From Octopus sinensis (taxonomy: Eukaryota), in contig NC_043007.1 in assembly GCF_006345805.1 (NCBI RefSeq), forward strand, positions 24,490,001 through 24,554,000: a stretch of DNA of 64,000 bases. The letters are read 5' to 3'. The notes beneath the pieces are model-generated. The model saw only the letters and a list, made by a program, of their open reading frames with translations. It was not told the DNA's origin and did no database searches. Shown in pieces: positions 50,713 to 62,457 of the stretch (within the stretch, counting starts at the first letter, position 1; each line of letters opens with the position of its first letter). Position numbers and translations under genes: made by a program.

Positions 50713-50899
50713 CTAAGTAAGTAACATACATAGAGATAGAGATGGGAGGTCTTGCGAACAAAATCGCAAGTTATGTTACAGAGGGACAGATTTCACAAAA
50801 TTTATAATAATTATTAGGAAATATCACACTCTCAGCTGAATCGGAAACGTCTACGAAAGAAAAAGACACCTATACCAATCAATACCTTAATAAGAATAC

Positions 50900-51330
50900 C
50901 ACTCCGAACTATAACAAAGACTAGCTCACACACTTCCATGTATATTAAATTCTGCAAGCGAACTTATAGCCCATAAACTTAAACTAGACAATAGATTACA
51001 ATGTTTAGCTAAACGTTTAGGGTATGTAACACTCAAAGATCATACACAAAATTGTCTCTCAGCCTAAAAGCGAGTTAATCGATCGTGAAAACCAAGATTA
51101 GATTACTCAGTAGGGAAATATTAAATAATATTAACTGTAAGACGAGGGTAATAACCAACCTCTAACAACGGTATAACAGGAGCTGGTTTAACAATAGACA
51201 ATAAAACTGGCTCCAAACTTCCCAGTTCAACATAATCGAATCTTATCCCTTCATTTCAAAATACTACTTACCAGCGCCTTAGAATTTTGTAAGATAGTTA
51301 ACGACATAGATGGCCATTCCCACTCTATCT
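50900..51330 (+). mobile_element. Penelope-like element (PLE) RT remnant
   Basis: IAHKLKLDNRLQCLAKRLGYVTLKDH (50957-51040), then with frameshifts WFN..IDNK..QFNIIESYPFIS..LL..ALEF, matching the PLE RT motifs TLKDHK and QFDIxxFYPSI. Confidence 0.7.
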
Positions 51331-52014
51331 CTCTCTTTCTCTCCTTACACCTCATCTTCTGCTTCAAATGTAACTAGTAGAAGACAACAAAGGATTCGTT
51401 TGAAGGAAAAGTACTTCGTATTGAAGTTGACAGATGATCCTATAACATACGTCCTCCATTGCTTTTCCCATCGGTTGCAATCAACACTTGCTGATTTTTC
51501 CATATCAATGGAAATCGGAGTGAATTGATCGTTATGATGACGGACAGCCAACTTGGCTTTCCTCACACAACGCACAAGTTTAATATAAATCTATAGGCGT
51601 AGGCGTGGATGTGTGGTTATTATGTGTGTGGATGTGGCAGGGATTCGAACCTTAATTGCTAGATACTCGATTAGACACCACAAGTGAGCCACCACAGTTT
51701 CACGTGACGATCAGCGCGAAGCTGTGGCGTGATATGGCTTGCTCGGTTGTTCTAGAATTTACCCTTTTGCCGCCCCATATAAACCGATTTGCGCCTAATT
51801 CATTAGGAAGAATGCTGAGAGCAGTCGACCGACTCACACATCTCGTCTCTTGCTAGGCAGGTGTCTACTCTGGCATTCGAATAGACAACTTCGGCGGACT
51901 TTTGTGCAGACAGACCAATTCTGAACACTCACACAATGTCTTGTTAGTAGCTGCTTTGGCCGCGGCGCGGTCTTTCTTTTCTCCCAGTCGGCAGACGTTA
52001 TTCTTTCTTTTTTT

Positions 52015-52362
52015 TTTCTTTTACTTGTTTCAGTCATTTGACTGCGGCCATGCTGGAGCACCGCCTTTAGTCGAGCAAATCGACCCCAGTACTTATTCTA
52101 TAGGTCTCTTTTTGCCGAACCGCTAAGTGACGGGGACGTAAACACACCAGCATCGGTTGTCAAGCAATGCTAGGGGGACAAACACACAAACATACATATA
52201 TACATATATACGACGGGCTTCTTTCAGTTTCCGTCTACCAAATCCACTCACAAGGCATTGGTCGGTCCGGGGCTATAGCAGAAGACACTTGCCCAAGATG
52301 CCCCACAGTGGGACTGAACCCCCGGAACCATGTGGTTGGTTAGCAAGCTACTTACCACACAG
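52015..52362 (-). mobile_element. SINE A
   Basis: Reverse complement of the A consensus. Confidence 0.9.
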
Positions 52363-52699
52363 CATCCAACACCAAATATATTATGCCCGGCAACAAATAT
52401 TAAAGCTAAATGTTTGAGTTTGCTTTAGTTACTTAATTATTCTGCACGCAGCTTTTCTCCAACAAAGAAAAATCCAGCAACGATACGATGTTTGCAACAC
52501 GAGCGACAAACCACCGCACGCACAACTCATACACACACGTCTCCGCGTGTATCTTTGTCCTATATATATCGTTTGGGAATTGATGTTGATTTGCTTAAAT
52601 CACCGTAATTTAGTTGTCCGGCAAAAGACCACGATAGAACAAGCATCAGACTTTAAAATAAATACGTAAAACATAGGTTGTGGAGTCGATTTGTTAGAA

Positions 52700-53445
52700 A
52701 AAAAATGTGCGCTCGTAAAATTCACACGATCCAGTAACCTGACTTCCACACCCGGCCTTCAAAAAACAAAAGTGTAATAGGTGTAAAATAATGTGTACTA
52801 ATTTCGTTTTTGTATTTGGTTTGCAAGATTCTTTATGTGAATTCGTGTGCTGGAACATATTTTATTGTGTCTGGGGAGAGTCATTCAACACAACCACCGG
52901 TCTGATTTCCACTCATTAACTTATTTATTTGTGTACTAAACGAATATGGAAAAAAAAATGCGCGCTGACGAACGGTGATGGGGAGAGGACTCTTAAAATT
53001 CACACGATCCAGTAACCTGACTTCCACACCCGACCACCAAAACAAAAAGTGTAATAGGTGTAAAAACTGTGTACGAATTTTGTTTTCATATTTTGTTTGC
53101 AAGATTCTTTATGTGAATTCGTGTGTTGGAACATATTTTATTGTGTCTGGGGAGAGTCATTCTGGTGCCTTACTACTTAACACAACCACCGGTCTGATTT
53201 GCACTCATTAACTTATTTTGTGTACTTGATGAATATGAAAAAAAAAATGCGCGCCAACGAAGGGGTGGGTGGGGAGAGGACACGGAAAATTCACAGGATC
53301 CGAAAACCCAACTTTAACATCCGGTCACAAAAATGAAGGGGGGGGTATGTGTAAAACAATGTCTAGTAAACGAATATGAAGAAAAAATGCATGCTGACGA
53401 ACGGGATGGGGAAAGAGGACTTGGAAAATTCACCCGATCCGATTT
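52700..53445. repeat. About 280-bp tandem duplication with degenerate partial units
   Basis: AAAATTCACACGATCC anchor at 52717, 52995, 53286, 53425; the first two units align over most of their length. Confidence 0.85.
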
Positions 53446-54023
53446 TTCCCCTCATAACTTTCAGGAAAATGGGTGTGTGATAAGAAGCTTGCTTCTCAAC
53501 CGCATGGTTCCGGGTTCAGTCCCGCTGCGTGGCACCTTGGGTAAATGTCTTCTACTATAGCCTCGGGAAGACCAATGCGTCCTGGGCATGTGCCCTGCTG
53601 AAGGACATATTCTACTGTTTGTATTGTTATATCCAGGCGCGGTCCCAGGAATTTTTCGAAATGAAGGCACAAGTTCAGGAGGGAATACAATTCAAGGAGA
53701 AGAGGGCGTAATAACATTATTTAGGGCACATTTCTTTTCTTGAGTGGAGAGCGTGCCCCCCCCCCATTTGGATCCGCCCCTGATACTTATATAGTTTCCG
53801 CAAACAGGAAGTGACCCTCGATAGTATTATTGAGTCAACGATTTATAGAAGTTGCCCATAACGTTCAACCTAAAAATCCCCCGTAAGATACGATATAAAA
53901 AGTGACTGTTAACGTTCCAAGTAACCTCCAAGGCATCATCATTCTGTCCTCCACACTTTATGGAATGTGAGGATTGCTTTCCCCGTACAAATACTTATTA
54001 ATCAGTGGAGCGCTATACACACA

Positions 54024-54398
54024 TGTGGAGGCGCAATGGCCCAGTGGTTAGGGCAGCCGACTCGCGGTTTCGATTCCCAGACCGGGCGTTGTGAGTGTTT
54101 ATTGAGCGAAAACACCTAAAAGCTCCACGAGGCTCCGGCAGGGGACGGTGGTGATCCCTGCTGTACTCTTTCACCACAACTTTCTCTCACTCTTACTTCC
54201 TGTTTCTGTTGTACCTGTATTTCAAGGGGCCGGCCTTTTCACTCTCCTTGTCACGCTGAATATCCCCGAGAACTACGTTAAGGGTGCACGTGTCTGTGGA
54301 GTGCTCAGCCACTTACACGTTAATTTCACGAGCAGGCTGTTCCGTTGATTCGGATCAATCGGAACCCTCATCGTCGTAACCGACGGAGTGCTTCCATC
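54024..54398 (+). mobile_element. SINE C
   Basis: C consensus; the body is nearly identical to the 47701 copy. Confidence 0.9.
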
Positions 54399-54801
54399 CA
54401 CTCTTGATGCCAGACACCTTAAGATTACATTTTATCGAAAACTGATTCTCTGTGTGGAATAAAGTCTTCTTTATAAACGAATGTCACACCGACGTCCTAC
54501 CTCTGCAAATATCATAACCGCAGCACATATCTGGATAATAGCAAAGAGAGTAAATGGAGGGAGAAAGAAGTCATCTTTACGAAGGAACACATTGCTGACT
54601 TCCCATCTCTACAAATATCGTAACCTCAGTACATGTCTAGATAACAACAAAAAGGGCAATTCTTCTGAACAAGGATAAATGTCTTCTCACAAAAAAACAA
54701 AAAGGCAAGCTCTCCTGTTGATAATTTTAAGTGCAGCTGTCAGGAAACAAACCATTAAAGCGACGTGCTTATTTTGTGATCTTTGCTAGGTTTTGCAGAA
54801 C

Positions 54802-55146
54802 TTACTTGTACTTGTGAGGGCATTCACCCAGGGTGGGTTGAGCTGGCTTCTTTTCTGTTCCTAACGGCATCATGAACCATTGCGGCCCACGCTCGAAAGG
54901 TCCTGTGTGAGGTCATTGGAGATAGCGAGCCATTCGCGTTTCTATCTGCACAGACTGACCACCTGCGGACCTGAGAGGTCCTCCTTTATCGTCGTTGCCC
55001 AGGTCTTCGGCTGCCCGCCCGCCCGTGCGTTTGCGCCAGCTGGGAAGTGGAGGTGGGAGGAGGACATCTCGAATCAGCTCACCCTCTGGACACCGGGCCG
55101 CATGACCGAACCACCTTAAGCGTCGTTGTAGAAGCACCGAAGGGAG
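54802..55146 (-). mobile_element. 5'-truncated RTE LINE (second family) with 13-bp TSD
   Basis: LLQRRLRWFGHAAR...KRTGG C-terminal RTE motif; GGTTTTGCAGAAC duplicated at 54789-54801 and 55147-55159. Confidence 0.8.
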
Positions 55147-55388
55147 GGTTTTGCAGAACAACTTCGTCTCGGATCTCCCTCAGCTCAGACACAATCTACA
55201 GCATTTCTTTTTCCCTCCTGGCTTATCTTCGTTTTTGTTATCAGGTCGTTGTCGTTTCCTTCTGGTGCACACTGGCTCAATTTCCGATATTATGACTGCC
55301 GCTTTGTCCAAAAGTGAGCCCACTTCACTCTTCTCTATCTCAAGTAGGATGCTTATTAAACCTTCCCAACTTAAGTACCAATACATAT

Positions 55389-55762
55389 TGTGGAGGCGCA
55401 ATGGCCCAGTGGTTAGGGCAGCGGACTCTTGGTTTCGATTCCCAGATCGGGCGTTGTGAGTGTTTATTGAGCGAAAACACCTAAAGCTCCACGAGGCTCC
55501 GGCAGGGGACGGTGGTGATCCCTGCTATACTCTTTCACCACAACTTTCTCTCACTCTTTCTTCCTGTTTCTGTTGTACCTGTATTTCAAAGGGCCGGCCT
55601 TGTCACTCTCTGTGTCATGCTGAATATCCCCGAGAACTACGTTAAGGGTACACGTGTCTGTGGAGTGCTCAGCCACTTACACGTTAATTTCACGAGCAGG
55701 CTGTTCCGTTGGTCGGATCAACCGGAACCCTCATCGTCGTAACTGACGGAGTGCTTCCATCC
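55389..55762 (+). mobile_element. SINE C, 11-bp TSD
   Basis: ACCAATACATA at 55377-55387 and 55763-55773. Confidence 0.92.
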
Positions 55763-56019
55763 ACCAATACATACAAATGTGACGAAAGTACATAATGTCG
55801 TGCAGCTGTGTCAAATGGTCGTTTTCTCGGACCACTGAACAGATGTTTCTGTTACATAAGTTAATGCCTGAAAGACCGACCCCAACTGCAGAGCTTCTGT
55901 ATGGGCACAGTCTACCCTGTAGAATACTTGGAAATGATCCAGTTTATTAAGAACCCAACTAATGTCAGATCTGGTCCTTATCATCTCTGAATTTGAAGTT
56001 TTCCCGAATACTTATCTCT

Positions 56020-56380
56020 CTTTACTCTTTTACTTGTTTCATTCATTTGACTGCGGCCATGCTGGAGCACCGCCTTTAGTCGAGCAAATCGACCCTAGGA
56101 CTTATTCTTTGGAAGCCTAGTACTTATTCTATCGGTCTCTTTTGCCGAACCGCCAAGTTACGGGGACGTAAACACACCAGCATCGGTTGTCAAGCGATGT
56201 TGGGGGGACAACTACAGACACACAAACACACACATATATACACGACGGGCTTCTTTCAGTTTCCGTCCACCAAATCCACTCACAAGGCTTTGGTCGGCCC
56301 AAAGCTATAGTAGAAGACACTTGCCCAAGGTGCCACGCAGTGGGACTGAACCCGGAACCATGTGGTTGGTAAGCAAGCTA
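56020..56380 (-). mobile_element. SINE A
   Basis: Reverse complement of the A consensus. Confidence 0.9.
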
Positions 56381-56875
56381 AAAAACAAAAGAAGATCAAA
56401 GTCAAATGCTGACCACTTTGCGAAGAACTTCTGCTGGAATCACTTTTTATGGCCCAGAAGTACTTTCACTTCTTCCCCTTAGTTCGTTCCATTTCCCAAC
56501 AATTCATTCCTTTCTCCTCGCTTCTATACACAAATGACTGGAAATGTCCTGTCGGCTGCCAGTTAAGGTAAATATCAACTTAGACGGGCGCGAACAAGTC
56601 TGGCAACCAGACAGACTCGTTTTTATCTAACAGATAGTAAACAATTGTGTAGAGAAACCATAGTTACTTGTTGTTTGTTTTTATATATGAACGGCCTACT
56701 TATTCTACCTGTATGAACCTGTTTAGCATTTTGGCTACTCTCTTTGTCATATTATGTACATTTTGTATATCTCTGTTTCTGCATACGTACGTTTGTGTAT
56801 GTGTGTGTTTGAGTTTACATAGCCGTGAATTAGTATGTGCTTGTTAATATATTTAATTAACTAATAGCTTAATAT

Positions 56876-57249
56876 GTGGGAGACGCAATGGCCCAGTGGT
56901 TAGGGCAGCGGACTCGCGGTTTCGATTCCCAGACCGGGCGTTGTGAGTGTTTATTGAGCGAAAACACCTAAAGCCCCACGAGGCTCCGGCAGGGATGGTG
57001 GTGATCCCTGCTGTACTCTTTCACCACAACTTTCTCTCACTCTTACTTCCTGTTTCTGTTGTACCTGTATTTCAAGGGGCCGGCCTTGTCACTCTCTGTG
57101 TCACGCTGAATATCTCCGAGAACTACGTTAAGGGTACACGTGTCTGTGGAATGCTCAGCCACTTACACGTTAATTTCACGAGCAGGCTGTTCCGTTGATT
57201 CGGATCAACCGGAACCCTCGTCGTCGTAACCGACGGAGAGCTTCCATCG
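56876..57249 (+). mobile_element. SINE C, 12-bp TSD
   Basis: AGCTTAATATGT at 56866-56877 and 57251-57262. Confidence 0.92.
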
Positions 57250-57804
57250 CAGCTTAATATGTATGTATGTATATATTTTATCTCTTACTTGTTTTAGTCA
57301 CTGACTGCGACCTAGCTGGGGCACCGCCTTGAGGTGTTTTAGACGAAGAAATCGACTTCACGACTTTTTTGTTTTTTAACGCCTGGTACTTATTCCATCG
57401 GTTTTTACTGCCGAAGCGCTACGTTGAGAGGACTTCGAGCTGCATGGACCATACCGAACTGGCTTGGTGCCTCAATTTAAGTGCCTAATTCAACTGAATC
57501 TTAATTACATTTGCGCGCGTGTGTGTGAGTGTTGAACTCACTGCTGCTGGTGCCATGTAAAATGGCATCCAGTATACTCTCTAAAATGTCTGACTTTAGG
57601 AAGGGTGTCCAGCTGTAGAGACCTTGCCGAAGTGGACACCAGTACAGTCTTATGACTTGTCAACTCTTGTCAAACTGTCTGTCCAACGCATTTCAGCATG
57701 GAAAGTGGACATTAAATGATCATGATGAAGATATTGATCACACACACACATACATATATGTATATATATATATATATATATATAGATATCTTTATCTTTC
57801 TTTA

Positions 57805-58178
57805 TCTTTTACTTGTTTCAGTCATTTGACTGCGGCCATGCTGGAGCACCGCCTTTAGTCGAGCAAATCGACCCCGGGACTTATTCTTCGTAAGCCCAGT
57901 ACTTATTCTATCGGTCTCTTTTGCCGAACCGCTAAGTGACGGGGACGTAAACACACCAGCATCTGTTGTCAAGCAATGCTAGGGGGAGAAACACACATAT
58001 ATATATATATACGTATATACGACAGGCTTCTTTCAGTTTCCGTCTACCAAATCCACTCACAAGGCATTGGTCGGCCCGGGGCTATAGCAGAAGACACTTG
58101 CCCAAGATGCCACGCAGTGGGACTGAACCCAGAGCCATGTGGTTGGTTAGCAAGCTACTTACCACACAGCCACTCCTA
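57805..58178 (-). mobile_element. SINE A
   Basis: Reverse complement of the A consensus. Confidence 0.9.
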
Positions 58179-58298
58179 TATATATATAGTTAATCCAAAC
58201 AAGAAAGCACAAAAAAACACAACAACGCGAGTACGTGGAACAAATATAGTATTATTGGACGCTCAGGAAAGGAGGGTTTAACGTTTCGAGCGGAATAT

Positions 58299-58329
<31 letters not shown>

Positions 58330-58354
58330 GTATGTATATATATATGTGTGTGTG

Positions 58355-58385
<31 letters not shown>

Positions 58386-58400
58386 GCATGTATATATTTA

Positions 58401-58454
<54 letters not shown>

Positions 58455-58838
58455 TAGATAGATAGACAGACAGATTACATAAGTCTGGGTGCTAGATAAA
58501 AAGTTTTGTCATACTCTCTTTGCATTCTGAATTCAAATTCCTTTCTTTCTGTTGTATTGATCATCTGATGATCGATTTAATTGACCGAACACTTGTAGCC
58601 TTGAGCTGATGCGTGAAATATTTGTTTCATTATAATAGACAGAATCAGTGAAGCGTAGACAATAACTTTTCGTGGTCAGTTACGTCTTTTTACATTCTGA
58701 GTTCAAATACCATCAAAGTAAATTATGCTTTACCTGGTTTGAGAAAGTTGATAAAATATGTACTGGTGAATATCGGGGTTGACCAAATCAATGATACATT
58801 TCTCCAAAATCTGCTGTATTATGCCTATGTTTAAGATA

Positions 58839-59382
58839 ATCATCATCATCATCATCATCATCGTTTAACGTCCGCTTTTCATGCTAGCATGGGTTGGACG
58901 ATTTTGACTGAGGGCTGGCGAACCAGATGGCTGCACCAGGCTCAAATCTTGATCTGGCAGAGTTTCTACAGCTGGATGCCCTTCCTAATGCCAACCACTC
59001 CGAGAGTGTAGTGGGTGCTTTTTATGTGCCAGTCAAGCGGTACTGGCGACCTCGCTCGAATATTTTTACATATGTCACCGGCACAGGTGCCAGTAAAGCG
59101 ACGCTGGTAACGATTACGCTCGAATGGTGCCTTTTACATGCCGCCGGCCCGGAAGCCAGTTAGCCGCTCTGGCAATGATCACGCTCGGATGGTGCTCTTA
59201 GCACCCTACTAGCACGCGCACAAGTGCCAGTAAGGCGACGCTGGTAATGATCACACTCGAATGGTGTCTTTTATGTGCCACTGGCACGGAAGCCGGTTAG
59301 CCGCTCTGTCAACGATCACACTCATATGGTGCTCTTTGCACCCCGCTAGCACGGATGCCAGTCATCGAATTTGATTTTGATT
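58839..59382 (-). mobile_element. 3' UTR fragment of a related RTE LINE
   Basis: (CAT)n-CGTTTAACGTCCGCTTTTCATGCTAGCATGGGTTGGACG terminus as at 20573, plus about 2 diverged dimer units. Confidence 0.8.
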
Positions 59383-59411
59383 GATGAAACTTTAATAAAT
59401 AGCAGTAATAA

Positions 59412-59815
59412 GCGCAGGAGTGGCTGTGTGGTAAGTAGCTTGTTTACCAACCACATGGTTCCAGGTTCAGTCCCACTGCGTGGCACCCTGGGCAAGTGTC
59501 TTCTACTATAGCCTCGGGGCGACCAAAGCCTTGTGAGTGGATTTGGTAGACGGAAACTGAAAAGAAGCTCGTCGTATATATGTATATATATATATATATA
59601 TATGCGTGTGTGTGTTTGTCCCCCTAGCATTGCTTGACAACCGATGCTGGTGTGTTTATGTCCCCGTTACTTAGCGGTTCAGCAAAAGAGACCGATAGAA
59701 TAAGTACTGGGCTTACAAAAGAATAAGTCCCGGGGTCGAGTTGCTTGACTAAAAGGCGGTACTCCAGCATGGCCGCAGTCAAATGACTGAAACAAGTAGA
59801 AGAGTAAAGAAAGAG
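59412..59815 (+). mobile_element. SINE A
   Basis: Full-length. Confidence 0.9.
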
Positions 59816-60654
59816 AATATGGCTTAGTGGTTAGGGTGTTCACTCCACAATTGTAAGGCTGTGAGTTTGATATCTAGTGGCACATTGGATCCTTGAGCAA
59901 GACACTTTATTTCACATTGCTCCAGCAAACCCAAAAGTGTCGCCCTATAAAAACATTGCCCAAGGTGGACTGCCCTCTCTTCTCACACTCATTAACAGCA
60001 CTACTGATACTAGCTGATTGGTCCGAACAGCAATGATGTGGGATCCTATTGGCTGTTGCTGTTGCTATGAGAGATGCTGCTGTAACAAACTAGGCACACC
60101 GGCAATTAGCCCATGAAGTACAGACATAGGATATTATTGACACCATCTGGTCAGAGGTCAGTGGGCAGACTTGACCATCAATGAAGACTATTAATATTGC
60201 TTTATTTAGACATCTCTATTGATCAATAAATCTATGTAGCTGTGGACAAGCTATGTTGAACACAATGAAATATGCATGTGATGTGAAACGAATCCTCATT
60301 TTTGACATCAAGAAAATAATACGCAGGAAAGATAATTGCTACAGATACGCAGCAAAGTTGACTGCTACAGATAAAGAGATGACAAGAGTGATGTGTGTGT
60401 GTGTGTGTGCGTGTCTGTCTGTCTATTTGTGTGTGTATACTCACATACATATATATATGTATTTGTATGTATGTGTGTAAGTGTGTGTACACACATATAT
60501 AAGGATTTGTTGCTTGTTTCTCTAGGATTTGTCAAGTGATATAGACACAACTGATGAGATATCAATAATTACTGAAAATCGACTTAGGCTGTTCCTCACT
60601 TTTCAGTCAATGGAGAAATAGGTAAATTTCGTATGTTTGTATGTCTCCTATGTC

Positions 60655-60693
<39 letters not shown>

Positions 60694-61164
60694 ATCATAC
60701 CTTGATACTATGTGGACCGAGACCCTTATTGACTGGTCACTGATATTAAAGAAAGCATTAAACATTTATAGCATACACATTAGTATCTTCAGTTCTCTTA
60801 AGTTACTTGATTTGATGTGTATATAAAGGGATTGAGTACTTGTTTATTTCTCTGGGATTGGTCAAGTGATGTAGACATCTCTGATGAGACATCAATAAAG
60901 GTCAAAAATTGATTAAGGCTATTCATCATGTTTTTTTTTCAATTTCTAGAGAAATAAATAAATTTGACATGCTTGAATGTCTAATGTGTAGGTTTACCTA
61001 ACAGTATATACAAAAATGTGTGTGTGGTGCAGGAACTTGGTAGTGAATGCACAAGAGTCGTTAGTCATCTGTCAAGTCACAAGGACCTCAGACAGATAAT
61101 ACTTTCCTTAAGATATGTGCTGCGTCCAATAAAACTGCTTTTTGCAAGACATCTGTTCTTCTTC

Positions 61165-61577
61165 TCCTCCTCGGAATTTTCCAGGTAGTCCCACCCTCGA
61201 AACTTTTTAGGAAGTTTCTCATCCTCGGAACTTTCCAGGAAGTCCGCAGAATTTTCCAGGAAGTTCCATCCTCGGAACTTTTCACGAAGTAATTCACCTT
61301 CGGAACTTTCCAGGAAATAATTTATCCTCGGAACTTTCAAGCAATTAATTCAATATCGGAACTTTCCGGGAAATAATTCTTCCTCGGAACTTTCCAGGAA
61401 GTAATTCAACTTGGGAACTTTTCAGGAAATTATTTATCCTCGGAACTTTCCATGAGGCTGCCTCCTTCATTGGAACTTTCCATAAAGTAAATCATCCTTG
61501 GAACTTTCCAGGAAGTAATTAATCGTCAGAACTTTCTGGGAAGAAATTCATCCTCGGAACTTTCCAGGAAGTAATTG
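61165..61577. repeat. 28-bp tandem minisatellite, about 15 units
   Basis: Consensus TCATCCTCGGAACTTTCCAGGAAGTAAT; GGAAC anchors at 61274, 61302, 61330, 61358, 61386, 61414, 61442 (28-bp period). Confidence 0.95.
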
Positions 61578-61735
61578 GAGGCCCAATCTTCTAAGTTCTT
61601 TTACAGGACTTCAAAAAACTGAAGACCTGCTGCAATAAGTGTGTGAATCTGAGCAGGGAATATGTTGAGTAAAATCACAACTTTTCTACCTGTATTTTCT
61701 TTTACCCAAAGCCAGGAACTTTTCAGTAGCCCCCC
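61578..61735 (+). mobile_element. 3' end of a mariner (irritans-like) element or MITE
   Basis: KKLKTCCNKCVNLSREYVE* resembles the mariner C-terminus; followed by TIR GCCAGGAACTTTTCAGTAGCCCC. Confidence 0.6.
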
Positions 61736-62457
61736 ATAAAGGATAAATTACTTAGAAACACTATAATTATTATCAGGTTACAAATATTCCAGAAGTCCTT
61801 CATATTGCTAGGGCAATCCCTTGAATAGATGATCAGCAAAGTCAATCAACCCTGGTGTGTTTTGAACTCACTCAGAACATAATGAAACATTACTAAACAA
61901 AGTAAGGCATTTTCCCCAGTGCTTAAATGCTACTTATAATCTATAGCTCTATTTATAATTATGGCATTAAAATGTTATGAGGAATTTTACTTAATTAGCG
62001 ATGGTATTTTGGAAAAACATAAACAATAGGACGAATCTCAGTCACTTATATTTATATCGAGTTGACATTTATAATATTGATTGTCATCATGGAAAATAAC
62101 AACTTTATAATGACACTTCATACGTTGACTGCTGTGTAGGAATGAAAATACCAATATCGGACACAACAGATATACAAAAGCTGTAAATAGATAATACTTG
62201 ATTTGAATGATATGAAATTTTGAATCTCAGTTAGAGACTAGGCTGTTGAGAATTATAGATAAGAAAAGAAGAAGGGAAAGTGGTGGTATATGACTTAGTG
62301 GTTAGGGTGTTGGACTCATGATTGTAAGATTGTGGTTTCGATTCCTGGACCAGGCAATGTGTTTTGTTGTTGAGCAAAACGCTTCACTTCACGTTGCTTC
62401 AGTCCACTCAGCTGGCAAAAGTGAGTAATCCTGCAATGGACCAGCATCCCATACATA

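Noticed and set aside
53634-53782. Possible MITE CAGGCGCGGTCCCAG...GGATCCGCCCCTG
   Set aside because: The TIR match is weak and no TSD was found, so it is left unclassified.
61165-61577. CRISPR array or coding repeat
   Set aside because: The units are contiguous 28-mers without spacers; the period is not a multiple of 3 and stops occur.
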